DNA of 64,000 bases from assembly GCA_963716255.1 (NCBI GenBank), contig OY970303.1:4960001-5024000 (forward strand), in the 5' to 3' direction. The number at the start of each line of letters is the position of its first letter. The first letter of the stretch is position 1. Shown here in pieces: positions 40,489-50,306 of the stretch. Under the pieces are notes generated by a model that was not told the origin of the DNA, made no database searches, and saw nothing but the letters and a program-made list of their open reading frames with translations. A program made the translations under genes and the position numbers. This stretch comes from an uncultured Gemmatimonadales bacterium (lineage in GTDB: Bacteria; Gemmatimonadota; Gemmatimonadetes; Longimicrobiales; Longimicrobiaceae).

Positions 40489-42621
40489 CTACGCCAGGCC
40501 CAGTGCGGACAGGATCACGTCGATCAGCTTGATCCCCGCGAAGGGGACCACCAGCCCGCCCAGGCCGTAGACCAGCAGGTTGCGCCGCAGAATGACGCTG
40601 GCCGGTGCCGGGCGGTACTTCACCCCGCGGAGCGCCAGCGGGATCAGCGCGACGATGATGAGCGCGTTGAAGATCACGCTGGACAGGATGGCCGACTGCG
40701 GGCTCGCCAGCCCCATCACGTTGAGCGCGTTCAGCTCCGGGTACGTCGCCGCGAACATCGCCGGGATGATGGCGAAGTACTTGGCCACGTCGTTGGCGAT
40801 GCTGAACGTGGTGAGCGAGCCGCGCGTCATCAGGAGCTGCTTTCCGATCTCCACCACCTCGATCAGCTTGGTGGGGTTGGAGTCCAGGTCCACCATGTTG
40901 CCGGCTTCCTTTGCCGCCTGCGTCCCGCTGTTCATGGCCACGCCCACGTCCGCCTGCGCCAGCGCGGGGGCGTCGTTGGTCCCGTCGCCGGTCATGGCCA
41001 CCAGCCGCCCGCCCTGCTGCTCGCGGCGGATCACCTCCATCTTGTCCTCGGGCCTCGCCTCGGCGAGGAAGTCGTCCACGCCGGCCTCCTGGGCGATGGC
41101 CGCCGCGGTGAGCGGGTTGTCGCCGGTGATCATGATGGTGCGGATGCCCATGGCGCGGAGCCGCTCGAAGCGCTCGCGGATGCCGCCCTTGACCACGTCC
41201 TTGAGGTAGACCACACCCAGCGCCCGCGCCACGCCGCTGTCCCGCTCGGCGACCACCAGCGGCGTGCCGCCCTCGCCGGAGATCCGCTCCACCGCCCGGT
41301 CGAGCTCGGCGGGGATCTCGCCCCCGTTCTCTCGGACCCAGCGCACCACCGCGTCGCCGGCGCCCTTGCGGAGCTGGCAGGCTCCCAGGTCGATCCCGCT
41401 CATCCGGGTCTGCGCGGTGAACGGCACCAGTTCGTGGGTTCCCTCAGCCAGCGTGCGTCCCCGGATCCCATACTTCTCCTTGGCGAGGACGACGATGCTG
41501 CGCCCTTCCGGGGTCTCGTCGGCGAGCGAGGCGAGCTGCGCCCGGTCGGCCAGGCGCTCGGCGGTCACGCCGGGGACCGGGACGAACTCGGCCGCCTGCC
41601 GGTTCCCCAGGGTGATGGTCCCCGTCTTGTCGAGGAGCAGCGTGTTGATGTCGCCCGCCGCCTCCACCGCCCGGCCGCTGGTGGCGATCACGTTGTGCTG
41701 GATCATCCGGTCCATCCCCGCGATCCCGATCGCGGAGAGGAGCCCGCCGATGGTGGTGGGGATGAGGCAGACCAGGAGCGCCACCAGCACCACCGTCGCC
41801 TGCGGCCCTCCGCTGTAGACCGCGAACGGCTGCAGTGTGGCGACGGCCAGCAGAAAGATGATCGTCAGCCCGGAGAGCAGGATGGTGAGGGCGATCTCGT
41901 TCGGCGTCTTCTGCCGGGTCGCGCCCTCGACGAGCGCGATCATCCGGTCGATGAAGGTTTCGCCGGGGTTGGAGGTGATGCGGATCACCAGCCAGTCGGA
42001 GAGCACCTTGGTTCCACCGGTCACGGCCGAGCGGTCGCCGCCCGACTCGCGCACCACCGGGGCGCTCTCTCCGGTGATGGCGCTCTCGTCCACCGACGCG
42101 ACCCCCTCGACCACCTCGCCGTCCGAGGCGATCACGTCGCCGGGCGTGCACAGGATCAGGTCGCCCCTGCGCAGCGCGGTGGCCGGCACCTCCTCGAACC
42201 GCTCGCGGTGCGCGGCGTCGGCCAGCCGCTTCGCCTGCGTCTCGGTCCGGCTGCGGCGCAGCGTGTCGGCCTGCGCCTTGCCGCGCCCCTCCGCCATGGC
42301 CTCCGCGAAGTTGGCGAAGAGCACGGTGAACCAGAGCCACGCGACGATCTGCACGGTGAAGCCGATCCCGTCGCTGCCCGCGGCCAGGTCGCGGGCCAGG
42401 ACGAGGGTGGTGAGCACGCTCCCGACCAGCACCACGAACATCACCGGGTTCCGCACCATGTGGCGCGGGGCGAGCTTGGCGAGGGCGTCGCCCGCCGCCC
42501 GCTTCACGATCGACGGCTCGAAAAGCGGCCTCGCCTTCGGCGCCCGCCCCGGGCCTCCCGCAGGCGGCCCGGACGGCACACTGGAGCGCGCCACCCTGAG
42601 GTCCTTCAGCTGCGTGTCCAT
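40489..42621 (-). CDS. kdpB: K+-transporting ATPase subunit B (P-type)
   Basis: [28 protein letters not shown]. Confidence 0.98.
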   Translation of the reverse strand: MDTQLKDLRVARSSVPSGPPAGGPGRAPKARPLFEPSIVKRAAGDALAKLAPRHMVRNPVMFVVLVGSVLTTLVLARDLAAGSDGIGFTVQIVAWLWFTVLFANFAEAMAEGRGKAQADTLRRSRTETQAKRLADAAHRERFEEVPATALRRGDLILCTPGDVIASDGEVVEGVASVDESAITGESAPVVRESGGDRSAVTGGTKVLSDWLVIRITSNPGETFIDRMIALVEGATRQKTPNEIALTILLSGLTIIFLLAVATLQPFAVYSGGPQATVVLVALLVCLIPTTIGGLLSAIGIAGMDRMIQHNVIATSGRAVEAAGDINTLLLDKTGTITLGNRQAAEFVPVPGVTAERLADRAQLASLADETPEGRSIVVLAKEKYGIRGRTLAEGTHELVPFTAQTRMSGIDLGACQLRKGAGDAVVRWVRENGGEIPAELDRAVERISGEGGTPLVVAERDSGVARALGVVYLKDVVKGGIRERFERLRAMGIRTIMITGDNPLTAAAIAQEAGVDDFLAEARPEDKMEVIRREQQGGRLVAMTGDGTNDAPALAQADVGVAMNSGTQAAKEAGNMVDLDSNPTKLIEVVEIGKQLLMTRGSLTTFSIANDVAKYFAIIPAMFAATYPELNALNVMGLASPQSAILSSVIFNALIIVALIPLALRGVKYRPAPASVILRRNLLVYGLGGLVVPFAGIKLIDVILSALGLA

Positions 42622-42622
42622 A

Positions 42623-44341
42623 TCAGAACAGCCTCCCCGCGTTCATCAGGAAGTGCTCGACGATCGGACCGAGCGAGAGCACCGGGAAATACGTCAGCGC
42701 GCCCACGATCAGGATCACCGAGACCAGGAGCCCCACGAAGAGCGGGGTGTCGACCGGGAAGGTGCCCGCCGTCTCGGGCGCCACCTTGCGCTCGGCCAGG
42801 AAGCCCCCCAGCGCCAGCGCCGGGACGATCAGCGCGAAGCGGCCCAGCAGCATCGCGAAGCCCAGCAGCGTGTTGTAGAAGGGGGTGCCGGCCGTCAGGC
42901 CGGCGAAGGCGCTGCCGTTGTTGGCGGCGCCGGACGTGAAGGCGTAGAGGATCTCGGCAAGGCCGTGCGGGCCCTGGTTGCTGCGGCCCACGAGCCCCGG
43001 CTCCATCACCGAGGCCGCGGCGGTCATGATCAGCACCACGGCGGGGAAGGCCAGCACGTACAGCATGGCCATGCGCACCTCCCGGCTGCCGATCTTCTTC
43101 CCCAGGTACTCGGGGGTGCGCCCCACCATCAGCCCGGCGATGAAGACGGTGAGCACCACGAAGACCAGCATCCCGTAGAGCCCGGCGCCCACCCCGCCGA
43201 AGACCACCTCGCCCAGCTGCATGTTCACCATCGGCACCAGCCCGCCCAGCGGGGTGAACGAGTCGTGCATGGCGTTCACGGCCCCGCACGAAGCCGCCGT
43301 GGTGACCACCGCGTACAGCGCGCTGCCCACGATGCCGAAGCGCGTCTCCTTGCCCTCCATGTTTCCCGCGGAGTGGCCCTCCATCACACCGGCCACGTCG
43401 ATGCCGCGCGCGGCGTGCACGGGATTTCCCGCAGACTCCGCCCAGTAGGTGACGGCCGTGCCGGCGAAGAACAGGACGAACATGGCGGTCCAGATCGCCC
43501 AGCCGTGGCGCGGCCTGCCCGCCAGGCGCCCGAAGGCGTGCACCAGTCCCGCCGGGATCAGGAAGATCGCCAGCATGGAAAGGAAGTTGGTGAGCGGCGT
43601 GGGGTTCTCGAACGGGTGCGCGGAGTTCGCGTTGAAGAAGCCGCCGCCGTTGGTGCCCAGCTGCTTGATGGCCTCCTGGCTCGCCACCGGCCCCATCGGC
43701 AGCGTCTGCTGTGCGCCCTCAACCGTGGTCACCACCTCGTAGGCGCTGAAGTTCTGGATCACGCCGCGCGAGACGAGGACCAGCGCCAGGCCGACGGAGA
43801 GAGGGACGAACAGGTAGAGGGTGCCGCGCACCAGGTCGGCCCAGAAGTTCCCCAGCCGGCCGCCGGAACGCCGCACGATCCCGCGCGCCAGGGCGAAGGC
43901 CACCGCCATCCCCACGGCCGCCGAGGCGAAGTTGTGGAAGGCGAGCTGCGTCGTCTGCGAGAAGTACGACATCGTCGACTCGCCGGAGTAACTCTGCCAG
44001 TTGGTGTTGGTGGTGAAGCTCGCCGCCGTCTCGAACGCCTGCCGGTCCACCACCCCGGCGAACTCCTGTGGGTTGAGCGGCAGGACGCCCTGAAGGCGCA
44101 GCACGGCATAGGTGGCGAGCATGGTCACGAGGCTGAACAGCAGCATGGCCGCGGCGTAGCGCGTCCAGTGCTGGTCCTCGTCGGGGTTCACGCCGAGCAC
44201 GCGGTAAATCCCCGTTTCCACGGGGCCCAGCCACCTCCGTCGCCCTTCGTAGACGGCGTGGATGTACACCCCCATCGGTCGGGTCACGACGAGGAGCGCG
44301 GCGCAGAAGAAGAGGATCTGGAGCCAGCCGTTGGCGGTCAT
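42623..44341 (-). CDS. kdpA: K+-transporting ATPase subunit A
   Basis: [28 protein letters not shown]. Confidence 0.98.
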   Translation of the reverse strand: MTANGWLQILFFCAALLVVTRPMGVYIHAVYEGRRRWLGPVETGIYRVLGVNPDEDQHWTRYAAAMLLFSLVTMLATYAVLRLQGVLPLNPQEFAGVVDRQAFETAASFTTNTNWQSYSGESTMSYFSQTTQLAFHNFASAAVGMAVAFALARGIVRRSGGRLGNFWADLVRGTLYLFVPLSVGLALVLVSRGVIQNFSAYEVVTTVEGAQQTLPMGPVASQEAIKQLGTNGGGFFNANSAHPFENPTPLTNFLSMLAIFLIPAGLVHAFGRLAGRPRHGWAIWTAMFVLFFAGTAVTYWAESAGNPVHAARGIDVAGVMEGHSAGNMEGKETRFGIVGSALYAVVTTAASCGAVNAMHDSFTPLGGLVPMVNMQLGEVVFGGVGAGLYGMLVFVVLTVFIAGLMVGRTPEYLGKKIGSREVRMAMLYVLAFPAVVLIMTAAASVMEPGLVGRSNQGPHGLAEILYAFTSGAANNGSAFAGLTAGTPFYNTLLGFAMLLGRFALIVPALALGGFLAERKVAPETAGTFPVDTPLFVGLLVSVILIVGALTYFPVLSLGPIVEHFLMNAGRLF

Positions 44342-44342
44342 C

Positions 44343-44432
44343 TCAGAACTTCTCCGGTCGCAGGAGCGTGTAGACCAGGTAGGCGAGCAGCGCCGCGGCG
44401 ACCGCGAGCCCGCCCCAGTGTTCGAGGGTCAT
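44343..44432 (-). CDS. kdpF: K+-transporting ATPase subunit F
   Basis: MTLEHWGGLAVAAALLAYLVYTLLRPEKF (29 aa). Confidence 0.92.
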   Translation of the reverse strand: MTLEHWGGLAVAAALLAYLVYTLLRPEKF

Positions 44433-44545
44433 TTCGGCCCCTCCGCTTCGCCCGCCTCCCGGCCCAGCGCCTCGCAGCCGCGCACGTACGCGAGCATCAG
44501 GGCGAAGAAGCCGACCGTGGCCAGCGGGTAGATCAGGTCGAGCAT
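44429..44545 (-). CDS. 38-aa hydrophobic peptide upstream of kdpF; not in ORF track
   Basis: GGAGGAGG RBS; MLDLIYPLATVGFFALMLAYVRGCEALGREAGEAEGPK; ATGA overlap with kdpF. Confidence 0.75.
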   Translation of the reverse strand: MLDLIYPLATVGFFALMLAYVRGCEALGREAGEAEGPK

Positions 44546-44594
44546 CCGGTCCTCCTCCGTTCATGGATCGTTCGGTCACTCCGGATCGGAGTGG

Positions 44595-45107
44595 TCAGCG
44601 GCTCCTGCGCATCCGCACGCGGCCCGCCGCGCCGGTCACCCGCGTGCCGTAGTGCCAGCGCCCGGTGATGGAGTCCCCCGCCAGGTGGCCGCGGATGGTG
44701 AAGTCCTCGTCCCCGTCCGGAGACTCCCAGGCGAGCTCCACCGAGTCCGGCCGGACCCAGCGCGCCACCACCCCCGGCGCGTCGCCCCGGCGCCGCGGCT
44801 CGAACCCGAAGCGGCTCAGGGAGAGCGTGTGGGTGCCCACGTGGGTCGGCGCGCCGGTCAGGCCGGGTGCCTTGCCGGGCCGGTCCTCGCGGAGCAGCGC
44901 GACTCGGCCCCGCGCCGTCCCCGCGGTGGCCGAGTCCGCTCGCCCCAGCATGGGCCGGGTGAGCACCAGCTCCGCGCTCCAGACCCCGGTGAGCGGGTCC
45001 GGACCCCCGCCCGCCGGGGGGCGGTCGGGCGCGCCGCACGCCGCGAGCGCGGCCGTAAGCAGCAGTCCTGTCGCCCGCCCGGCTCGCATCAGCCTCCATC
45101 CTCGCAT
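44595..45107 (-). CDS. Hypothetical lipoprotein heading the kdp operon
   Basis: LAAC lipobox; beta-rich; GGAGG RBS. Confidence 0.65.
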   Translation of the reverse strand: MRGWRLMRAGRATGLLLTAALAACGAPDRPPAGGGPDPLTGVWSAELVLTRPMLGRADSATAGTARGRVALLREDRPGKAPGLTGAPTHVGTHTLSLSRFGFEPRRRGDAPGVVARWVRPDSVELAWESPDGDEDFTIRGHLAGDSITGRWHYGTRVTGAAGRVRMRRSR

Positions 45108-45166
45108 CGTCGCCTCCTGTGCTGGACCACCCCGTCGTCGCGTGCAGGGAATCTCGGGGGAGCCCC

Positions 45167-45216
45167 GTTAAGGGCGCACAAAGACGGGCGGGGTCGGCGT
45201 TAAGAAGTCACAAAGA
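45167..45216 (-). promoter_or_regulatory. Pair of 18-bp boxes (putative KdpE sites) upstream of lipoprotein-kdpFABC
   Basis: + strand GTTAAGGGCGCACAAAGA (45167) and GTTAAGAAGTCACAAAGA (45199), 32-bp period. Confidence 0.75.
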
Positions 45217-45248
45217 GAAACGGCGGCGACCCGTGAGGGCCGCCGCCG
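45212..45248 (-). terminator. Intrinsic terminator after kup
   Basis: Minus strand CGGCGGCGGCCC-TCAC-GGGTCGCCGCCG followed by TTTCTCTTT. Confidence 0.75.
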
Positions 45249-45272
45249 TGTCCACGTAGGATGGAGCGGGGG

Positions 45273-47210
45273 TCAGAGCTCGATCTGCGCTCCCAGCTCC
45301 ACCACCCGGTTCGGAGGCAGACAGAAGAACGAGGTAGCCGGGCGCGCGTTCCGCGACATCACCGCGAACAGGTGCTCCCGCCACATCGCCATCCCCGGCT
45401 GGCGGGACGGGATCAGCGTTTCCCGCCCGAGGAAGAACGAGGTCCGCATCGGCGCGAGGTCCAGCCCGTTGGCGCGGACGCCCTCGAGCGCCTCCGGGAC
45501 GTCGGGCTCCTCCATGAAGCCGTAGCGGACGGCGATCCGGAAAAAGCCGTGCCCCAGCGCCTCCACCGTGGCGCGCTCCGCCGGGTCCACGTGCGGGACT
45601 TCGGCCGTCTCGATGGCCAGGAGCACCACCTGCTCGTGCAGCACCCGGTAGTGCTTCAGGCTGTGCAGGAGCGCGGGAGGCGTCCCCATGGGGTTCCCGT
45701 ACATGAACACCGCCGTCCCGGGCACGCGGTGCGGCGGGCTGCCCGCCACGTCCTTGAGGAAGAGCTCCCAGGGGAGGGACGAGTCCGCCAGCCGCTTCGC
45801 CAGGATCAGGCGCCCCGTCTTCCAGGTGGTCATCAGCGCGAAGATCAGCGCGCCGACCACCAGCGGGAACCAGCCGCCGTGCGGGATCTTGACGATGTTC
45901 GCGCCGAAGAACGCCAGGTCGATGAAGAGGAACACGGCGCTGAAGGCCGCCACGGCGCCCGTTCCCCACTTCCAGCGCTCCCGCTGCACCACCGCGAGCA
46001 GGATGGTGGTCACCACCATGGTGGTCGTCACCGCTACCCCGTAGGCCGCCGCCAGGTTACTGGAGGAGCGGAAGCCCAGCACCAGGCCGATGCACGAGAC
46101 CATCAGCAGCCAGTTGACCCCGGGGATGTAGATCTGCCCCCGCACCCGCGCGGAGGTGTGCTCGATCGCCACGCGGGGCAGGTAGCCGAGCTGCACCGCC
46201 TGCATGGTGAGCGAGAACGCCCCCGAGATCAACGCCTGCGACGCGATGATCGCCGCCATCGTCGCGATCACCACGGTCGGGTACAGGGCCCAGGACGGCA
46301 CCATCTCGAAGAAGGGGTTCTCCACCGCCTCGGGCCGGAGCAGGAGCAGCGCCCCCTGGCCGAAGTAGTTCAGGAGCAGCGCCGGCAGCACGATCGCGAA
46401 CCAGGCGAGGCGGATGGGCCGCCGCCCGAAGTGCCCCATGTCGGCGTAGAGCGCCTCGCCGCCGGTGACCACCAGGAACACGGACCCCAGCACCAGGAAC
46501 CCGTGCCAGCCGTTCACCGCGAAGAAGCGCACCGCGTGGTGCGGGCTCACCGCCAGGAAGACCCGCGGCTCGCGGACGATCCACGAGATGCCCAGCGCCG
46601 CCAGCGCCGCGAACCAGACCAGGGTGACGGGACCGAAGACCCTGCCGATGGTCGCGGTGCCGCGGCTCTGCACGGCGAAGACTCCCACCAGGACGGCGAT
46701 GGTGATGGGGATGATGTACGGCTCGAAGAGCGGCGTGGCCACCTTGAGCCCCTCCACCGCGCTCAGCACCGTGATGGCCGGGGTGATGATGCCGTCGCCG
46801 TAGAGCAGCGCCGTGCCGAACAGGCCGAGCATGATGAGCGCCCAGCGCCCTCCCTTGCGCATGGCCCCCACCGGGGTCACCAGCGCGGTGAGCGCCAGGA
46901 TCCCGCCCTCGCCGCGGTTGTCGGCACGCAGCACGAACGCCGCGTACTTCACCGAGATGACCAGCACCAGCGACCAGAAGACCAGCGAGAGGACCCCGAA
47001 GACGTTGGTCTCGGTGACCGCCAGGTGGTAGTAGTGGAAGGACTCGCGGACGGCGTAGAGGGGGCTGGTGCCGATGTCGCCGTACACCACCCCGAGCGCG
47101 GCGAGGGCGAGAAAGGCCAGGTATCGTCCCCCGCGCTCGCCCCCGGGATGGCCGTGCGTGACGGAGCCGTCGCCGTGGATCCCGCTCCCTTTCCCCTCGC
47201 TCGCCTGCAT
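45273..47210 (-). CDS. kup: KUP/HAK/KT potassium transporter
   Basis: GVVYGDIGTSPLYA, ADNRGEGG, EALYADMGHFG, YGFME, SFFLGRE. Confidence 0.97.
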   Translation of the reverse strand: MQASEGKGSGIHGDGSVTHGHPGGERGGRYLAFLALAALGVVYGDIGTSPLYAVRESFHYYHLAVTETNVFGVLSLVFWSLVLVISVKYAAFVLRADNRGEGGILALTALVTPVGAMRKGGRWALIMLGLFGTALLYGDGIITPAITVLSAVEGLKVATPLFEPYIIPITIAVLVGVFAVQSRGTATIGRVFGPVTLVWFAALAALGISWIVREPRVFLAVSPHHAVRFFAVNGWHGFLVLGSVFLVVTGGEALYADMGHFGRRPIRLAWFAIVLPALLLNYFGQGALLLLRPEAVENPFFEMVPSWALYPTVVIATMAAIIASQALISGAFSLTMQAVQLGYLPRVAIEHTSARVRGQIYIPGVNWLLMVSCIGLVLGFRSSSNLAAAYGVAVTTTMVVTTILLAVVQRERWKWGTGAVAAFSAVFLFIDLAFFGANIVKIPHGGWFPLVVGALIFALMTTWKTGRLILAKRLADSSLPWELFLKDVAGSPPHRVPGTAVFMYGNPMGTPPALLHSLKHYRVLHEQVVLLAIETAEVPHVDPAERATVEALGHGFFRIAVRYGFMEEPDVPEALEGVRANGLDLAPMRTSFFLGRETLIPSRQPGMAMWREHLFAVMSRNARPATSFFCLPPNRVVELGAQIEL

Positions 47211-47283
47211 CCGTGCTCCTCGTCCTGGCTTGAGTGTGCATCCCGCCCGGGCGGCAGTGCCGGCGGAAGATGCACAGAGCCAT

Positions 47284-47333
47284 GTTAAGGAAGCACAAAG
47301 ATCGGGGAGGGTGGTGTTAAGAAGTCACAAAGA
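47284..47333 (-). promoter_or_regulatory. Second pair of 18-bp boxes upstream of kup
   Basis: + strand GTTAAGGAAGCACAAAGA (47284) and GTTAAGAAGTCACAAAGA (47316), 32-bp period; distal copy identical to 45199. Confidence 0.75.
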
Positions 47334-48887
47334 AATGCCGCCGTCCACGAGGTCCGCCGCAGGCAGGGTGAACCGGAACACGCTCCCGCCGCCCGGGCGC
47401 GGCTCGTAGGCGAGCGATCCGCCCTGCGCCTCCGCCAGCCTGCGGGAGATGGACAGGCCGAGCCCCGCCCCGCCCACGTCGGGCTGGGCGCGGCTGGCCC
47501 GGTAGAAGGGCGAGAAGACCTGCTCGGCCTCCGGAGCTGGGATCCCCGGGCCCCGGTCCGCGACCTCGAACACCAGCCGGTCGCCCTCCCGGCGCGCGGC
47601 AAGGTCGACGGCTGTGCCGGGAGGGGCGTACTTGTGGGCGTTCTCCAGCAGGTTGACCAGGACGCGCAGCGAGTGGACGAAGTCGAAACGCCCCAGCAGG
47701 AGCGGTTCTCCCGGGCCGAGCGAGGCCCGGACCTCCCGCCCGGCGAGCGATCCGGAGACGCGCTGCAGGGCCGCCCCGAGCAGGTCCTCCGCCGCGGTGA
47801 GCTCCGGGCTGAGCCGCAGCTCCCCCGCGTTCAGTTGCGACAGGTCGAGCAGGTCCGCCACGAACCGGTTGAGCCGGTCGGCCTCCTCCTCGATGTCCGC
47901 CGCCCGCTCGTCCCCTTCCCCCGCGATGTCGTGCGCCAGCGCCTTGATGGTGGTGAGCGGAGTGCGCAGGTCGTGCGACACCGAGGCGATCAGCGCGTCC
48001 TTGAGCCGGTCCGTCTCCCGCAGCGCCTGCGCGTGCTCCGCCTCGGCGGCCAGGCGGACGCGCTCGGCCCCCAGCGCCGCATAGGGGGAGAGCGCCGCGA
48101 AGAAGCGGCGCTGCGCGGCGGTGAGCGAGATGCCGCCGCGGCACACCACGCGCAGCACCCCCACCGTCCGCTCCCGCTCGCGGAGCGGCAACGACAGCCC
48201 GCGTGCCTTCTCCACGTCCGGAATCGGAGCGCCCGTCCCGGCGGGGGGGAGCACCCGCGTCGTCCCGTCCAGCCGCTCCACGATCCCGGTCCCCCGGTCC
48301 ACGGCCATCGCGGCCGCCTGCGCGCCGTCCTCGTCGCCCGGCGAGGCGGTGCTCCATGCGCGCGCCCCCAGCTTCACGCTCCGGTCGCCGTCCGGAAGCC
48401 AGATCTCGCACCCATCAATCCCCAGCGTGCTCCGGATCACCTCGGCGACGGCGTACAGCGCGTCCTCGGCCCGGGCGGCGTTCAGCGTCTCCGCCCCGAG
48501 CGTGGAGAGGCGCTCGATCTCGCCCGCGCGCCGCCTCGCGTCCTCGGCCTCGCTGCGGGCGCGGAAGAGGAGATGGGTGGCGACGCCGGCCACCACCAGG
48601 AAGGTGAACAGGACCAGCCAGTCGAGCGGGTCGTGGACGACGAAGGTGCCGAACGGCGGGAGGAAGAAGAAGTTGAAGCAGAGGAAGGACAGGAAGGCGA
48701 GCACGATGCCGCGGACCCGGCTCCCGCGCGTGCTCCCGGCCAGCACCAGGAGCAGGTAGGCGAGGGCCACGTGCGCCCGGTCGAGGCCGGGGCGCACGGC
48801 CACCATTCCGGCCGTGAGCACTCCGAGGGCGGCCAGCCACGCGGCCCACCCGAGCGCCTCCCGAGCCCGATCTCGAAGTGGCGCCAT
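47325..48887 (-). CDS. KdpD-like membrane histidine kinase (DUF4118 TM + GAF + HisKA + HATPase)
   Basis: CFNFFFLPPFGTF, SHDLRTPL, NLLENAHKY, GAGLGLSI. Confidence 0.92.
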   Translation of the reverse strand: MAPLRDRAREALGWAAWLAALGVLTAGMVAVRPGLDRAHVALAYLLLVLAGSTRGSRVRGIVLAFLSFLCFNFFFLPPFGTFVVHDPLDWLVLFTFLVVAGVATHLLFRARSEAEDARRRAGEIERLSTLGAETLNAARAEDALYAVAEVIRSTLGIDGCEIWLPDGDRSVKLGARAWSTASPGDEDGAQAAAMAVDRGTGIVERLDGTTRVLPPAGTGAPIPDVEKARGLSLPLRERERTVGVLRVVCRGGISLTAAQRRFFAALSPYAALGAERVRLAAEAEHAQALRETDRLKDALIASVSHDLRTPLTTIKALAHDIAGEGDERAADIEEEADRLNRFVADLLDLSQLNAGELRLSPELTAAEDLLGAALQRVSGSLAGREVRASLGPGEPLLLGRFDFVHSLRVLVNLLENAHKYAPPGTAVDLAARREGDRLVFEVADRGPGIPAPEAEQVFSPFYRASRAQPDVGGAGLGLSISRRLAEAQGGSLAYEPRPGGGSVFRFTLPAADLVDGGISL

Positions 48888-48891
48888 AGCG

Positions 48892-49587
48892 TCAGTCCAG
48901 GGCGCGGAACCGGTACCCCACGCCCGGCTCGGTCACGAGCAGCGTCGGGCGCACCGGGTCACGCTCGATCTTGCGTCGGAGGTTGGCCACGTGCACCCGG
49001 AGGTACGCCTGCGGGTCCCCTCCGGAGCGCCCCCAGACGGAGCGGAAGATCTGCTCATGGGTGAGCGTGCGGCCCGCCTGCGCCACGAACGCGCGCAGCA
49101 GGTCCCACTCGGTGGGAGTCAGGTGGATTTCCTCGCCGTCGCGCGCGACCACGCGGCGCGCCAGGTCGATGGCGAGTCCGTCCATCTCCACCCCGCCCGC
49201 CTCCGTGGGAAGCGGTGTGCTGCGGGCGCGGCGGAGTTGGGCGCGCACGCGCGCCTGGAGCTCGGCCGTGCTGAACGGCTTGGTCACGTAGTCGTCCGCT
49301 CCGGCGTCCAGCAGCGACACCTTCTCGTGCTCCGAGTGCCGGGCGGAGAGAACGAGGATGGGCGCGCTGGACCACTTCCGCACCTCGTGGCAGACGCTCG
49401 CGCCGGCCATGTCGGGCAGCCCGAGGTCGAGCACGATCAGGTCCGGGCGCTCGGCGGCAGCCAGGTCGATGCCCGCCTGCCCGGTACCCGCCTCCAGCAC
49501 TCTCCCGGCCAGGCCCTCGAGTGCGTTGCGCACCACGCGGCGGATCTGCGGTTCGTCGTCGATGACGAGGATGCTCGGGTCGGGCAC
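48892..49587 (-). CDS. kdpE: KdpE response regulator (OmpR family)
   Basis: ILVIDDEPQIRR, LDLGLPD, GADDYVTKPF, HLTPTE, LRVHVANLRRKIE, TEPGVGYRF. Confidence 0.93.
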   Translation of the reverse strand: MPDPSILVIDDEPQIRRVVRNALEGLAGRVLEAGTGQAGIDLAAAERPDLIVLDLGLPDMAGASVCHEVRKWSSAPILVLSARHSEHEKVSLLDAGADDYVTKPFSTAELQARVRAQLRRARSTPLPTEAGGVEMDGLAIDLARRVVARDGEEIHLTPTEWDLLRAFVAQAGRTLTHEQIFRSVWGRSGGDPQAYLRVHVANLRRKIERDPVRPTLLVTEPGVGYRFRALD

Positions 49588-50306
49588 GCCTGGACCTCCG
49601 TCGAGGGCGATGTACGGATGGAACGTGGCATTGTGTCACCAGGCCGTGCAAGGGCGTATGCCCATACGGACCCGGATCGTGGACTGCAAGAAACCAGGCC
49701 GGCTGCCTGGAAGGCTGTCGGCAGCGCGCACGCCGGGAGACGGTCCGTCAGGCCCGGACACGCAACCCCGTGCGAGTTGCAGAAGTGTCGCGGCTACACC
49801 CCCAACCGCAAACTGCGCGTGCGGACGGGATATCGGTACGGAGGACTGCGGAAGAGTGTGTCGTGACGAGATGCCGACGGCATTTGGAACCGGAGACGCA
49901 TCCGGCAGATCTGCTGAAATTGCATCGCAAGCGAGTGGGGAAGGAGCAGAAATGGGCCAATCTTGTTGCTGAAAATCATAAATCAAATGAAGATGCTGGG
50001 TTGCTGAGGGGCCCACAAGCCTCTTCCTTGGATCACTCGAATCGAAGCTACGAGCAATGCCGGAACGGGTGTCGCGTTCCTTGACATCGTGTTGGACGAC
50101 CGCGATCCTGCGACGCGTTCTTGCAGGCCATGGCGGCTTCTTCCGGGGCCTCCCCGCCCGTGGTACGGACGGACGTCGCCCGCAGCATCCCGAGACGACG
50201 ACATCCGTGCCCGCTCGCCCCCGAGCGCAGCGGTCCGTTCCTGCCGTCGCCGGCCGCGCTCGCGCGGCCGGAAGCCGGCGTCCGCCTCCCCGCGTCCCGC
50301 GTTCCC

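Noticed and set aside
39670..47288. Long + strand ORFs opposite kdpABC and kup
   Set aside because: Antisense shadows of well-conserved genes.
49883..49900. Possible sigma54 promoter TTGGAACCGGAGACGCAT
   Set aside because: GG-N10-GC spacing fits, but it lacks the TTGC element; too weak to call.
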